A stretch of 11,296 bases of DNA, taken from assembly GCA_046758365.1 (NCBI GenBank), contig JBHIAC010000113.1, positions 1-11,296 on the forward strand, written 5' to 3'. Source of the stretch: a bacterium. Lineage in GTDB: Bacteria; Zhuqueibacterota; Zhuqueibacteria; Oceanimicrobiales; Oceanimicrobiaceae. A program made the translations under genes and the position numbers. This document shows, in pieces, positions 1 through 7,298 of the stretch; positions within the stretch are counted from its first letter, which is position 1; each line of letters starts with the position of its first letter. Under the pieces are notes generated by a model that was given only the letters and a program-made list of their open reading frames with translations, was not told the DNA's origin and did not search any database.

Positions 1-81
1 GGACTCCTTCTTCTGCCATTACTGATACTTTATGTTCTTGTCAAAATATTACCACCATGGGAAGAAGCAAAGAAGTGGTAA
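1..81 (+). CDS. 3' end of an upstream gene (partial), probably a membrane protein
   Basis: Frame +1 is open from the window edge and reads GLLLLPLLILYVLVKILPPWEEAKKW-stop (TAA 79-81): a hydrophobic helix then a charged tail. Too short to assign a family. Confidence 0.6.
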   Translation, partial: GLLLLPLLILYVLVKILPPWEEAKKW

Positions 82-262
82 GGGCTATTGCAAGCAACTT
101 GTATGTACGCAGGCGTGGAATGTCTGGGCTTGGGTACAGGAGGCATCCATTTTTACTTCGATTTCTGTATAAACTTTATTGTCAGAAAACTCTATATATA
201 CTGCGCCAAGTAAGAAAGTTATAAGGGTAATTGTTTTATGTGACTAAATTATATGGGAAAAA

Positions 263-370
263 AGAGACATCATTGACCCAAATGAACATTCTTTGTCTCA
301 GCCTTTATCTCTTATAGAAACAGTTTATTAAGTAAATTATTGTTTTACTTTATGAGACATAATTGTCTCA
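263..370. promoter_or_regulatory. Three related 18-bp palindromic sites (TGAGACA-N4-TGTCTCA type); candidate upstream activator sequences for a sigma-54 enhancer-binding protein
   Basis: Perfect palindrome TGAGACA-TAAT-TGTCTCA at 353-370. Degenerate copies AGAGACA-TCAT-TGACCCA at 263-280 and TGAACAT-TCTT-TGTCTCA at 283-300. They lie about 115-220 bp upstream of the -24/-12 candidate. Confidence 0.7.
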
Positions 371-434
371 CTCTTTAGACTTACAATCCCTAAAGTATTA
401 TTTGGGTTTTTTGAAAAAAATATAAACCATTTAA

Positions 435-447
435 AATCATATATTTA
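435..447 (+). promoter_or_regulatory. IHF-like binding site
   Basis: AATCATATATTTA has one mismatch to WATCAANNNNTTR and sits between the palindromes and the -24/-12 element. The region is very AT-rich, so a chance match is possible. Confidence 0.4.
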
Positions 448-483
448 TAATTTTACAATTTTAAATTTTTAAATTGAAATGCT

Positions 484-498
484 TGGTATAAAAATTGT
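484..498 (+). promoter_or_regulatory. Candidate sigma-54 (-24/-12) promoter
   Basis: TGGTAT-AAAAA-TTGT against consensus TGGCAC-N5-TTGC. GG (485-486) and GT (497-498) are exactly 10 nt apart, but -12 reads GT instead of GC. It ends 35 nt before the GTG at 534. Confidence 0.55.
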
Positions 499-533
499 TT
501 TAAAAGAAAGAAGAATTTTCTGGAGAACAAGAG

Positions 534-893
534 GTGGAAGGCAAAATACTTATTGCTTGCGTCGATGATGATTGTCGAGACAATTTACTGAAATTGTTAA
601 CTGATCGAGGACTGACTCTCCGCACAATACGGAAGGATGTTGACCTTCTGCTAGAGGTTTTAGAAAGAGATTATGATGTTATCATATATGATTTGGAAAT
701 TTCAAGGTTCAATGGACTCAAAATGGTCAAGATATTACGAAAAATAAGGCCGAAAGTTTCCCTGGTGGTTATTTCCAACAACCCTTCCAAGGAAATGGGG
801 GGAAGGATTCTGCAAGAAGGGGTGGCTTATTATGCGGTGAAACCCATTAATCATGAAGCTATTAAAGAAGCTGTACTTGCAGCTTTGAAATAA
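534..893 (+). CDS. Single-domain response regulator receiver (REC/CheY-like), atypical acidic pocket
   Basis: GTG start with GGAG upstream. REC pattern: KILIA beta1, DVIIYD53 phospho-acceptor, NGL, VVIS81, K103-P104. No output domain. Confidence 0.9.
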   Translation: MEGKILIACVDDDCRDNLLKLLTDRGLTLRTIRKDVDLLLEVLERDYDVIIYDLEISRFNGLKMVKILRKIRPKVSLVVISNNPSKEMGGRILQEGVAYYAVKPINHEAIKEAVLAALK

Positions 894-971
894 ATTAACT
901 GAAATATCAAATAAATAAATTTAGATAGATTTTGCATATAAGAAAAAAGCCTAGTAATACTAAGAGCAAGG

Positions 972-982
972 AAGGAGGTGAT
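972..982 (+). promoter_or_regulatory. Extended Shine-Dalgarno-like sequence with no properly spaced start codon (possible mRNA stabiliser)
   Basis: AAGGAGGTGAT is complementary to the canonical 16S rRNA 3' end. No ATG/GTG/TTG follows at normal spacing. The 1048 gene has its own RBS (AGAAGGAGGT, 1034-1043). Confidence 0.4.
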
Positions 983-1047
983 ACTTACTCAATTCAAACA
1001 AAGTAGAAATTAATTCTATTAATACATCAAATTAGAAGGAGGTAGAC

Positions 1048-4035
1048 ATGATTAAAAAATGGTATGTTCTAATTATGTTGCTTGCTGCCACAGCTTTATT
1101 TTTGCTGCCACAGCAGGGCTACACCCAGGGGTATGTGGGTCCTGATAGATGTTTAGATTGCCATGGTGACAGACTGATTAAAATTAGAATGGACGCTACT
1201 GGTTGGGAAACATCTATGCATGCCAATGGCTATTCCTATGTCCCCGACAGTTCGCACACGATGGAAATACTTAAAGGGATTATTGCTGATTACAATCAGA
1301 ATGGCATTGATGATTTTGTTGAGGGATTAGATTTCAACAACATCTTTGAAGGTAATCCTTTTGATGGGTATACCAACGCACCTATATTGGGATATTCTGA
1401 TGCCACGGGCTATACTATAACAATTGGTGCCGATACCCACCGCGTGTACCTGACTTATGGAGGCAGCGGACTGTATAAGCAGCGCTATGTTGTAAAAATC
1501 AATACGGGTGAGGGAGAAACGAATGATTATTACGTATCTCCAATTCAGTTCGATGAAAAAACCCATGAATATGTACTTTATAATGTGGGAGACTGGTATG
1601 AAAATAAAGTCCCGAAAGTTTTTGCTACGCGTGTTGATGCAGCAACCAAAAACAGCCGCAGCCTAGCAAAAGAGTGCGCAGGCTGTCATACCACCGGTCT
1701 GCAGGTACAACAGGATGCGAATGGCGAATGGATCATGAGCGGCGCAGGCGTGAAAGACGAATCTAAATATGCAGATTTCAACAACATATTTGATATTGAC
1801 GGCGACGGGGATTTCGATCAGATCAATATCGGTTGCGAGCGCTGCCATGGACCTGGCGCACGCCATGCCGATACTACCATGGCCGCGATTGATATTATCA
1901 ACCCCAAAACAGATTTAACTACTACCCAGGCAACGAATCTCTGTGGGATGTGCCATTCTCGCGGTAAAAGCTTACCTAATAACACCTTCAGCTACCCCTT
2001 TAACGATACATCCCTTACGTCTTGGTCAGTCGGTGATCTGGTTACCGACTTTTATACCGATGGTGGCGGTTACTGGCCGGATGGATCATCCTCTAAACAT
2101 CATCAGCAGTTTTATGATTTTAGGAAGAGTGGCAAAGGTGATCTTTCACAGCCATGGCGGGATGTCACGTGTTATGATTGCCATGATGTTCACAACACAG
2201 AAAAGCATCATATGCGTACGACAATTGTAGAAGATGGTGTCGAGATTCCAACAGAGAACGATAACAATACGCTCTGCTTGGCCTGTCATGCCACCCATGG
2301 TGATTTTACAGATATTACCTTACAAATGGTTGCGGATTATGCCAGCAATGTTGATACGATTGCAGCGGCAGTCAGGAAACACAGCAACCATTTCTATGAT
2401 CCTACGGGAACGGGTGCCAGCCGCTGTTCAAAATGCCATAATCCAAAAATTATAAAATCAGCGATTCACTATGACATTCATTCTCACACTTTCGAAGCTC
2501 TTTCTCCACAAAAAACCTTGGACCTTGCTATGCCAAATGCCTGCGCTGCAAGTTGTCATGTCAAAGAGGACTATCCCAATTTTGGCGTAGATGTGTCCAA
2601 TGATACATTGTCTGTTTGGAGTGAGGCAGAAGACATCGCTCTAGCAAAGGCGCTGCTCTTCTGGTATGACAACATGTGGTTTAAACAGTTGGGTGGAGAA
2701 GGAAAGACCGTCGAGGCTCCTGAACTGACTACTGCTCCCACGGTGGATGGTGATACTACAGACTGGGCTGGTGTTGCCTGGGCTAATGATATTCCGTTGG
2801 CTCACAATAAGATGGTATCGATGAAAGCTGCGGTCACTACAACGGACATCTACTTTCTCTTTAAGTGGGCTGATCCGACCTTGAGTATGACGCGAAGTGG
2901 CTCGTGGAGCTACGATGGTGCCAACTGGACAAAGAGCGCCGGTCAATCTGAGGATAGAATTGCTCTACTGTGGAATATCAGCATTCCCGAAGCTGATTGG
3001 GATGCAAGAGGCTGTATGAATAAGTGCCACAGAGATGTGGATAATACTAATGCCGGCAATGACACCACCACATCCGAAGATGACGCCTTCTTACCTGCGG
3101 GTCAAAAGGCCGATATGTGGCACATGAAAGCGGCCCGATCCTTGGGAGCAATCAGTGCCAGTCAAACTGGTCCCCTGACAATCGATCCCGCGACGCATGA
3201 AGTTACAGCCGGAAAGGTGACCCTCAACGGCTACATTGATGATAAATATGTCGGTGCTTATGGCGCTCCCCCTGATGGCGGTCGACATGGCGATGCGGGT
3301 ACTGAAACCTATTCCCATAATCGCAATGCGGCCAAAACAGCACCAAAGTATATTGAAACCGATCCCACAGACTATATCGATGCGATGGTTCTGACACAAG
3401 CAGAAATTGATAACGGTGAAGCTGTCCTGGTCGCAGATGCGACTGCTAATGATTTAGCGACCTACTGGGCTAAATATGCAGGCTTCAATGCGGTTGTTCC
3501 TGAACGAATCTTGAGTGCACCCACAGGCAGTCGAGCTGATATTTTGCAATCGGCTACTTGGGAAAATGGAGTCTGGTATACAGAAATTAAAAGACCGTTG
3601 AATACAGGGAATGATGATGATGCCCAATTCACGGTGGGCAGCTTTAAATTCGGTATAGCGCTCATGGATAACGGAGGTGGAGCAGAACACTGGACAACGG
3701 GTAGTGTACTGAATACATTAAATATTTCTTCTATAACAGATGTCGAAACCAGAGTTATCGCTGGAATTCCAAAAGAATATGCATTGTATCAGAACTACCC
3801 GAACCCATTCAATCCAACCACCAACATTGAGTTTGATGTAGTAAAACAAGGTCAAGTAACGTTGAAGGTGTTCAATATTCTTGGTGAGGAGGTGGCGACC
3901 GTTGTTGACAAAGTTATGCCAGCAGGACGTCAACGCGTGACTTTTGACGGGGCCAGTTTAGCTTCCGGAGTTTATTTTTACCGACTCGAAGTGAATGAAT
4001 TTATGGCCACCAAGAAACTACTATTGCTCAAATAG
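1048..4035 (+). CDS. Exported multiheme c-type cytochrome: octaheme-like N-terminal domain + EB_dh/DOMON heme-binding domain + T9SS type A C-terminal sorting domain
   Basis: Sec-type signal peptide (MIKKWYVLIMLLAATALFLL...). CxxCH at aa 35, 210, 263, 299, 375, 410, 460; CxxxCH at aa 499 (CAASCH) and 656 (CMNKCH). EB_dh-like motifs IYFLFKWADPT, EDRIALLW, ADMWHMKA, ATWENGVWYTEIKRPL, FGIALMD. C-terminus YALYQNYPNPFNPTT...LKVFNILGEEV...LASGVYFYRL...KKLLLLK is the typical T9SS CTD pattern. Confidence 0.9.
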   Translation: MIKKWYVLIMLLAATALFLLPQQGYTQGYVGPDRCLDCHGDRLIKIRMDATGWETSMHANGYSYVPDSSHTMEILKGIIADYNQNGIDDFVEGLDFNNIFEGNPFDGYTNAPILGYSDATGYTITIGADTHRVYLTYGGSGLYKQRYVVKINTGEGETNDYYVSPIQFDEKTHEYVLYNVGDWYENKVPKVFATRVDAATKNSRSLAKECAGCHTTGLQVQQDANGEWIMSGAGVKDESKYADFNNIFDIDGDGDFDQINIGCERCHGPGARHADTTMAAIDIINPKTDLTTTQATNLCGMCHSRGKSLPNNTFSYPFNDTSLTSWSVGDLVTDFYTDGGGYWPDGSSSKHHQQFYDFRKSGKGDLSQPWRDVTCYDCHDVHNTEKHHMRTTIVEDGVEIPTENDNNTLCLACHATHGDFTDITLQMVADYASNVDTIAAAVRKHSNHFYDPTGTGASRCSKCHNPKIIKSAIHYDIHSHTFEALSPQKTLDLAMPNACAASCHVKEDYPNFGVDVSNDTLSVWSEAEDIALAKALLFWYDNMWFKQLGGEGKTVEAPELTTAPTVDGDTTDWAGVAWANDIPLAHNKMVSMKAAVTTTDIYFLFKWADPTLSMTRSGSWSYDGANWTKSAGQSEDRIALLWNISIPEADWDARGCMNKCHRDVDNTNAGNDTTTSEDDAFLPAGQKADMWHMKAARSLGAISASQTGPLTIDPATHEVTAGKVTLNGYIDDKYVGAYGAPPDGGRHGDAGTETYSHNRNAAKTAPKYIETDPTDYIDAMVLTQAEIDNGEAVLVADATANDLATYWAKYAGFNAVVPERILSAPTGSRADILQSATWENGVWYTEIKRPLNTGNDDDAQFTVGSFKFGIALMDNGGGAEHWTTGSVLNTLNISSITDVETRVIAGIPKEYALYQNYPNPFNPTTNIEFDVVKQGQVTLKVFNILGEEVATVVDKVMPAGRQRVTFDGASLASGVYFYRLEVNEFMATKKLLLLK

Positions 4036-4069
4036 TATGACGAGCTAATTAATCATGAGAGCCTGCATG

Positions 4070-4105
4070 GAAGGAGATCGATAAATATTATCGGTCTCCT
4101 TCTTT
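4070..4105 (+). terminator. Strong stem-loop (intrinsic terminator or 3' stabilising hairpin) after the secreted cytochrome gene
   Basis: GAAGGAGATCGATAA (4070-4084), loop ATA, TTATCGGTCTCCTTC (4088-4102): 15-bp stem with one G-U pair. It is followed by only a short T run (TTT), so it may be leaky. Confidence 0.75.
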
Positions 4106-4139
4106 ACTATAAGGACGAATTTTTAAAATTTCGAATAAA

Positions 4140-4640
4140 ATGAATAAAATCATTTCTATTGTTTTTTTTATCCTATTGACAACACTAGTTGCAGGTTTTA
4201 TAGGGAGCAATAAAAGTGGGGCTAATCAGCCCCTGGCATATAATCATAACAAACACGTGGAAGAAAATGGCATGGAGTGCCTGGATTGCCATCAGTACGC
4301 CGAAGAGAATCCCCGCGCTTCCATTCCAAATATCGAAGTATGTGTAGATTGCCATGAGGAAGCCATTTCGGAAAGTGAAGAGGAAAAAATCTTAGTTAAC
4401 TTTATCACGGAGAACAAGAAGATACCCTGGCGGCAAATTTACTCTGTACCAGATTACGCTTATTTTTCTCACCGCCGTCATGTAAAGCTGGGGGAACTGG
4501 AATGCCAGGTCTGTCATGGTAATGTTGGAAATCTCACTATCCCAATCACCAGACCGTTTATAGAAATGAAAATGAATTGGTGCATGGACTGCCACGAAAA
4601 GAGAGGTGTTTCGAACGATTGCTATGCTTGTCATCGCTAA
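4140..4640 (+). CDS. Membrane-anchored pentaheme cytochrome c, ActA/QrcA-like
   Basis: N-terminal hydrophobic helix; five CxxCH (CLDCH, CVDCH, CQVCH, CMDCH, CYACH). Family motifs QPLAYNHNKH, ASIP..EVC, IPW.QIY.VPDYAYFSHRRHV, MNWCMDCH, NDCYACHR. Confidence 0.9.
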   Translation: MNKIISIVFFILLTTLVAGFIGSNKSGANQPLAYNHNKHVEENGMECLDCHQYAEENPRASIPNIEVCVDCHEEAISESEEEKILVNFITENKKIPWRQIYSVPDYAYFSHRRHVKLGELECQVCHGNVGNLTIPITRPFIEMKMNWCMDCHEKRGVSNDCYACHR

Positions 4641-4647
4641 ACGCTAG

Positions 4648-4791
4648 ATTTCATAATAATTTGTATGGTTTGGAAATGGTTTAATTGTTCCATTGCTACA
4701 TTGTTAAATTGTCATGGTACTAAAACATTGGAACAATGAAGCAATTTAACAAGGAATCCAGGTACGATAACCCTACAATCGTTTATGAAAT
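4648..4791. repeat. MITE-like intergenic element: 23-bp imperfect terminal inverted repeats enclosing inverted arrays of 8-bp units
   Basis: ATTTCATAATAATTTGTATGGTT (4648-4670) matches the reverse complement of 4769-4791 at 18/23. Inside, ATTGYTNN-type 8-mers (4676-4715) are mirrored by complementary 8-mers (4724-4755); arms 4685-4712 and 4725-4752 match at 22/28. No target-site duplication seen. Confidence 0.55.
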
Positions 4792-4813
4792 GCAGTACTA
4801 ATGGAGCATTTGA

Positions 4814-7297
4814 ATGGAAATTTCTCGTAGAGAATTTTTAAAATATTTAGGAGTTGCTTCTGCTGGCGTAACCCTGTCCAGTTTAGGGTGTGATACCATC
4901 TGGTCTGTACCTGATAAAATTTATGAAGAAGTTGGCGGGGCTCCCAGAATTGAAACCTGGAAAACGAGTGTCTGTTCTCTTTGTCACGGTGGCTGTGGAA
5001 TTAAAGTGCGTTTAATCGACGGCATTCCGGTTCGGATTCTTGGGAATCCGATTCATCCACTGAATCGCGGTGGCATTTGTCCCATGGCGGAGGCTGGAAT
5101 CGAGGCATTATTCAATCCAGATAGAATTAAGCACCCTATGAAGAGAGTAGGCGATCGAGGTGAAGATAAATGGGAAAGTATCTCCTGGGAGGAAGCAATA
5201 GAACTCGTAGTCTCCCATCTGCGAAGCTTACGAGAAAAAAATGAAACCCATAAATTGGCTTTTTTTACAGGAAATACCAACAATCTATTGTCGAGTTTAA
5301 TCGAAAGATTTATGGAAGCCTTTTACTCGCTTAATCTATTTGCTTTTGATGAAAATAACTTTTCGACATTAACCACCTATCTAACTCAGGGTCATAAGAA
5401 TCCCTTAGCATACCATTTCAAAGATATTAAACTATTAATCAACTTTGGAGCTGACCTATTGGACGTGGGCCCATCCCCCATTCGATTCAATCAACTCTAT
5501 TCTGAATTACGAAATCGTGAAGATGGACAAAGGGTGAGAATCATTCATATCGACTCTCGTCTTTCACGAACTGCCAGTAACTCTCATGAATGGGTCCCAA
5601 TTAAACTAGGGACTATGGCTGCGTTAGCTTTGGGGATAGCCAACGTCGTTATTAAAGATGGACAGTATGATAAGGATTTTGTTAAAACAAACAGCTTCGG
5701 CTTTGAGGATTGGAAAGACAGAGCAGGAAATTTCCATCAAGGATTCAAAGCCCTGGTAGAACGAGAATATTATCCAGAGAAAGTGGCTGAAATAACAGGA
5801 GTTCCAGCATCCAAAATCGTCGAGTTAGCTCGGGAATTCGGTGCTGAGGAATCGGCTTTAGTTCTGGCGGGTGGACAGGCCACAAACAGTTCTAATGGTT
5901 TATATACCAGTTGGGCCATTGAATCTTTAAATGCGCTCAAAGGAAATTTCAAAAAAGATGGCTGTATTTTTGTATTAAATGATCCCCCATTTGCAGAATT
6001 GCCTAAAGTGCAGATAGAAGGAATTGCCTCGAAGGAAATGAACTATCCTAAGTTAACCGAACTAAAAGGCGTTTTCTGTTTTCCAGAATACGCCATTTCC
6101 TATTTGCCAAACAGGATTTTGGACAAGCAGCCTTATCCTATCGAGGTGCTTTTTCTTACCCAGGTGAATCCAGTTTTCAATTCAGTCAAACAAAGGGATT
6201 TCATTGCGGCTTTAAAAGAAATTCCATTCGTCGTAAGTTTCTCTTCCTTTTTAGATGAGACAAGCGCTTATGCTGATTTAATTTTGCCAGACCATACTTT
6301 TTTGGAAAAACATGAGGTGATTTACAGCATCCCAATGGTCGATTTTTCACATCTTGGAATCCAGCAGCCGGTTGTTGAGCCCTTCTACAACACCCGACAT
6401 GTCGGAGATGTAATTTTACAAATTGCGCAAAACCTTGGTGGAACCATAGCTGCATCTTTATCCTGGTCGGATTACAAAGAATATATTCAATCTCGTCTTA
6501 AGGGCATCTATAAAACCGGAGCCGGTACCATATTTACTGAGCGCATGGATGAAGCCTGGCTGAAATATCTCAAGGAGCGTGGGTGGCAAATACTTGAGTA
6601 CACAACCTTTGAAGAATTTTGGGACGTTCTGTTAGACAAAGGCGGATGGTGGGATCCTTTTCCATCTAAACTGGATTTTAGAAAATTGTTCGATACGCCT
6701 TCTAAGAAATTTGAGTTTTACTCACAAATTTTAATACAAGAAGTTAAATCACAACTACCAGGTAAAGATGCTTCAGAAAAAGAAATTAACTTATTATTGG
6801 GAAAATGGAACATTGCAGCCCGCGGCGATTTAGCATTTCTGCCTCATTATGAATCTCTAAAATTCAATAATAACGAAAGTAAATTTGATCTTCATTTACT
6901 CACGTATAATTTGATTACCAACTTGAATGGCGTGGGGGGTAATTTACCTTTAATTCAGGAATTATTTGGATTGCTGACTCGAGAATACTGGCGTTCCTGG
7001 GTCGAAGTAAACCCTGAGACAGCACGCAAGTACGGCATAAGCGATAGAGACATAGTGAAAGTGACCTCACCCAAAGGAAGCCTGAAACTTAAAGTAAAGC
7101 TTCTGCCAAATGTCATGCCTGAGGTGGTTCACTTCCCCTTTGGACTTGGACATAAGGCTTATGGTCGATATGCTGAGGGTATAGGCGAGAATCCTTATGA
7201 AATCCTTTTAGAAGATTATGATTTTTTAAGTGGTGGGTCTTCTTTAATTAATACAAAAGTTATGGTGGAAAAAGTCAAGGGGAAGGAGAGAGCATAG
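4814..7297 (+). CDS. Molybdopterin-oxidoreductase-fold (DMSO reductase family) subunit, QrcB/ActB1-like Tat lipoprotein, possibly Mo-free
   Basis: Twin-arginine SRREFLK; lipobox-like SSLG-C26; FS0 motif C54-x2-C57-x3-C61-x27-C89. Family motifs NPDRIKHPMKR, WESISWEEA, VAEITGVP, DETSAYADLILPDHTFLE, VEVNPETA, PFGLGH. Confidence 0.9.
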   Translation: MEISRREFLKYLGVASAGVTLSSLGCDTIWSVPDKIYEEVGGAPRIETWKTSVCSLCHGGCGIKVRLIDGIPVRILGNPIHPLNRGGICPMAEAGIEALFNPDRIKHPMKRVGDRGEDKWESISWEEAIELVVSHLRSLREKNETHKLAFFTGNTNNLLSSLIERFMEAFYSLNLFAFDENNFSTLTTYLTQGHKNPLAYHFKDIKLLINFGADLLDVGPSPIRFNQLYSELRNREDGQRVRIIHIDSRLSRTASNSHEWVPIKLGTMAALALGIANVVIKDGQYDKDFVKTNSFGFEDWKDRAGNFHQGFKALVEREYYPEKVAEITGVPASKIVELAREFGAEESALVLAGGQATNSSNGLYTSWAIESLNALKGNFKKDGCIFVLNDPPFAELPKVQIEGIASKEMNYPKLTELKGVFCFPEYAISYLPNRILDKQPYPIEVLFLTQVNPVFNSVKQRDFIAALKEIPFVVSFSSFLDETSAYADLILPDHTFLEKHEVIYSIPMVDFSHLGIQQPVVEPFYNTRHVGDVILQIAQNLGGTIAASLSWSDYKEYIQSRLKGIYKTGAGTIFTERMDEAWLKYLKERGWQILEYTTFEEFWDVLLDKGGWWDPFPSKLDFRKLFDTPSKKFEFYSQILIQEVKSQLPGKDASEKEINLLLGKWNIAARGDLAFLPHYESLKFNNNESKFDLHLLTYNLITNLNGVGGNLPLIQELFGLLTREYWRSWVEVNPETARKYGISDRDIVKVTSPKGSLKLKVKLLPNVMPEVVHFPFGLGHKAYGRYAEGIGENPYEILLEDYDFLSGGSSLINTKVMVEKVKGKERA

Positions 7298-7298
7298 T

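Noticed and set aside
1048..2600. Calling the large cytochrome NrfA, octaheme nitrite reductase or HAO
   Set aside because: No CxxCK motif and no recognisable catalytic signature of those enzymes; the domain context (EB_dh + CTD) differs. Only a general multiheme assignment is supported.
4676..4755. CRISPR array or iteron interpretation of the short repeats
   Set aside because: Units are 8 bp, degenerate, contiguous and inverted, with no unique spacers and no cas or rep gene in the window.
4973..4987. CSLCH in the Mo-fold subunit as a c-type heme site
   Set aside because: It is part of the C-x2-C-x3-C-x27-C FS0 iron-sulfur motif of a Tat-exported protein; the CxxCH match is coincidental.
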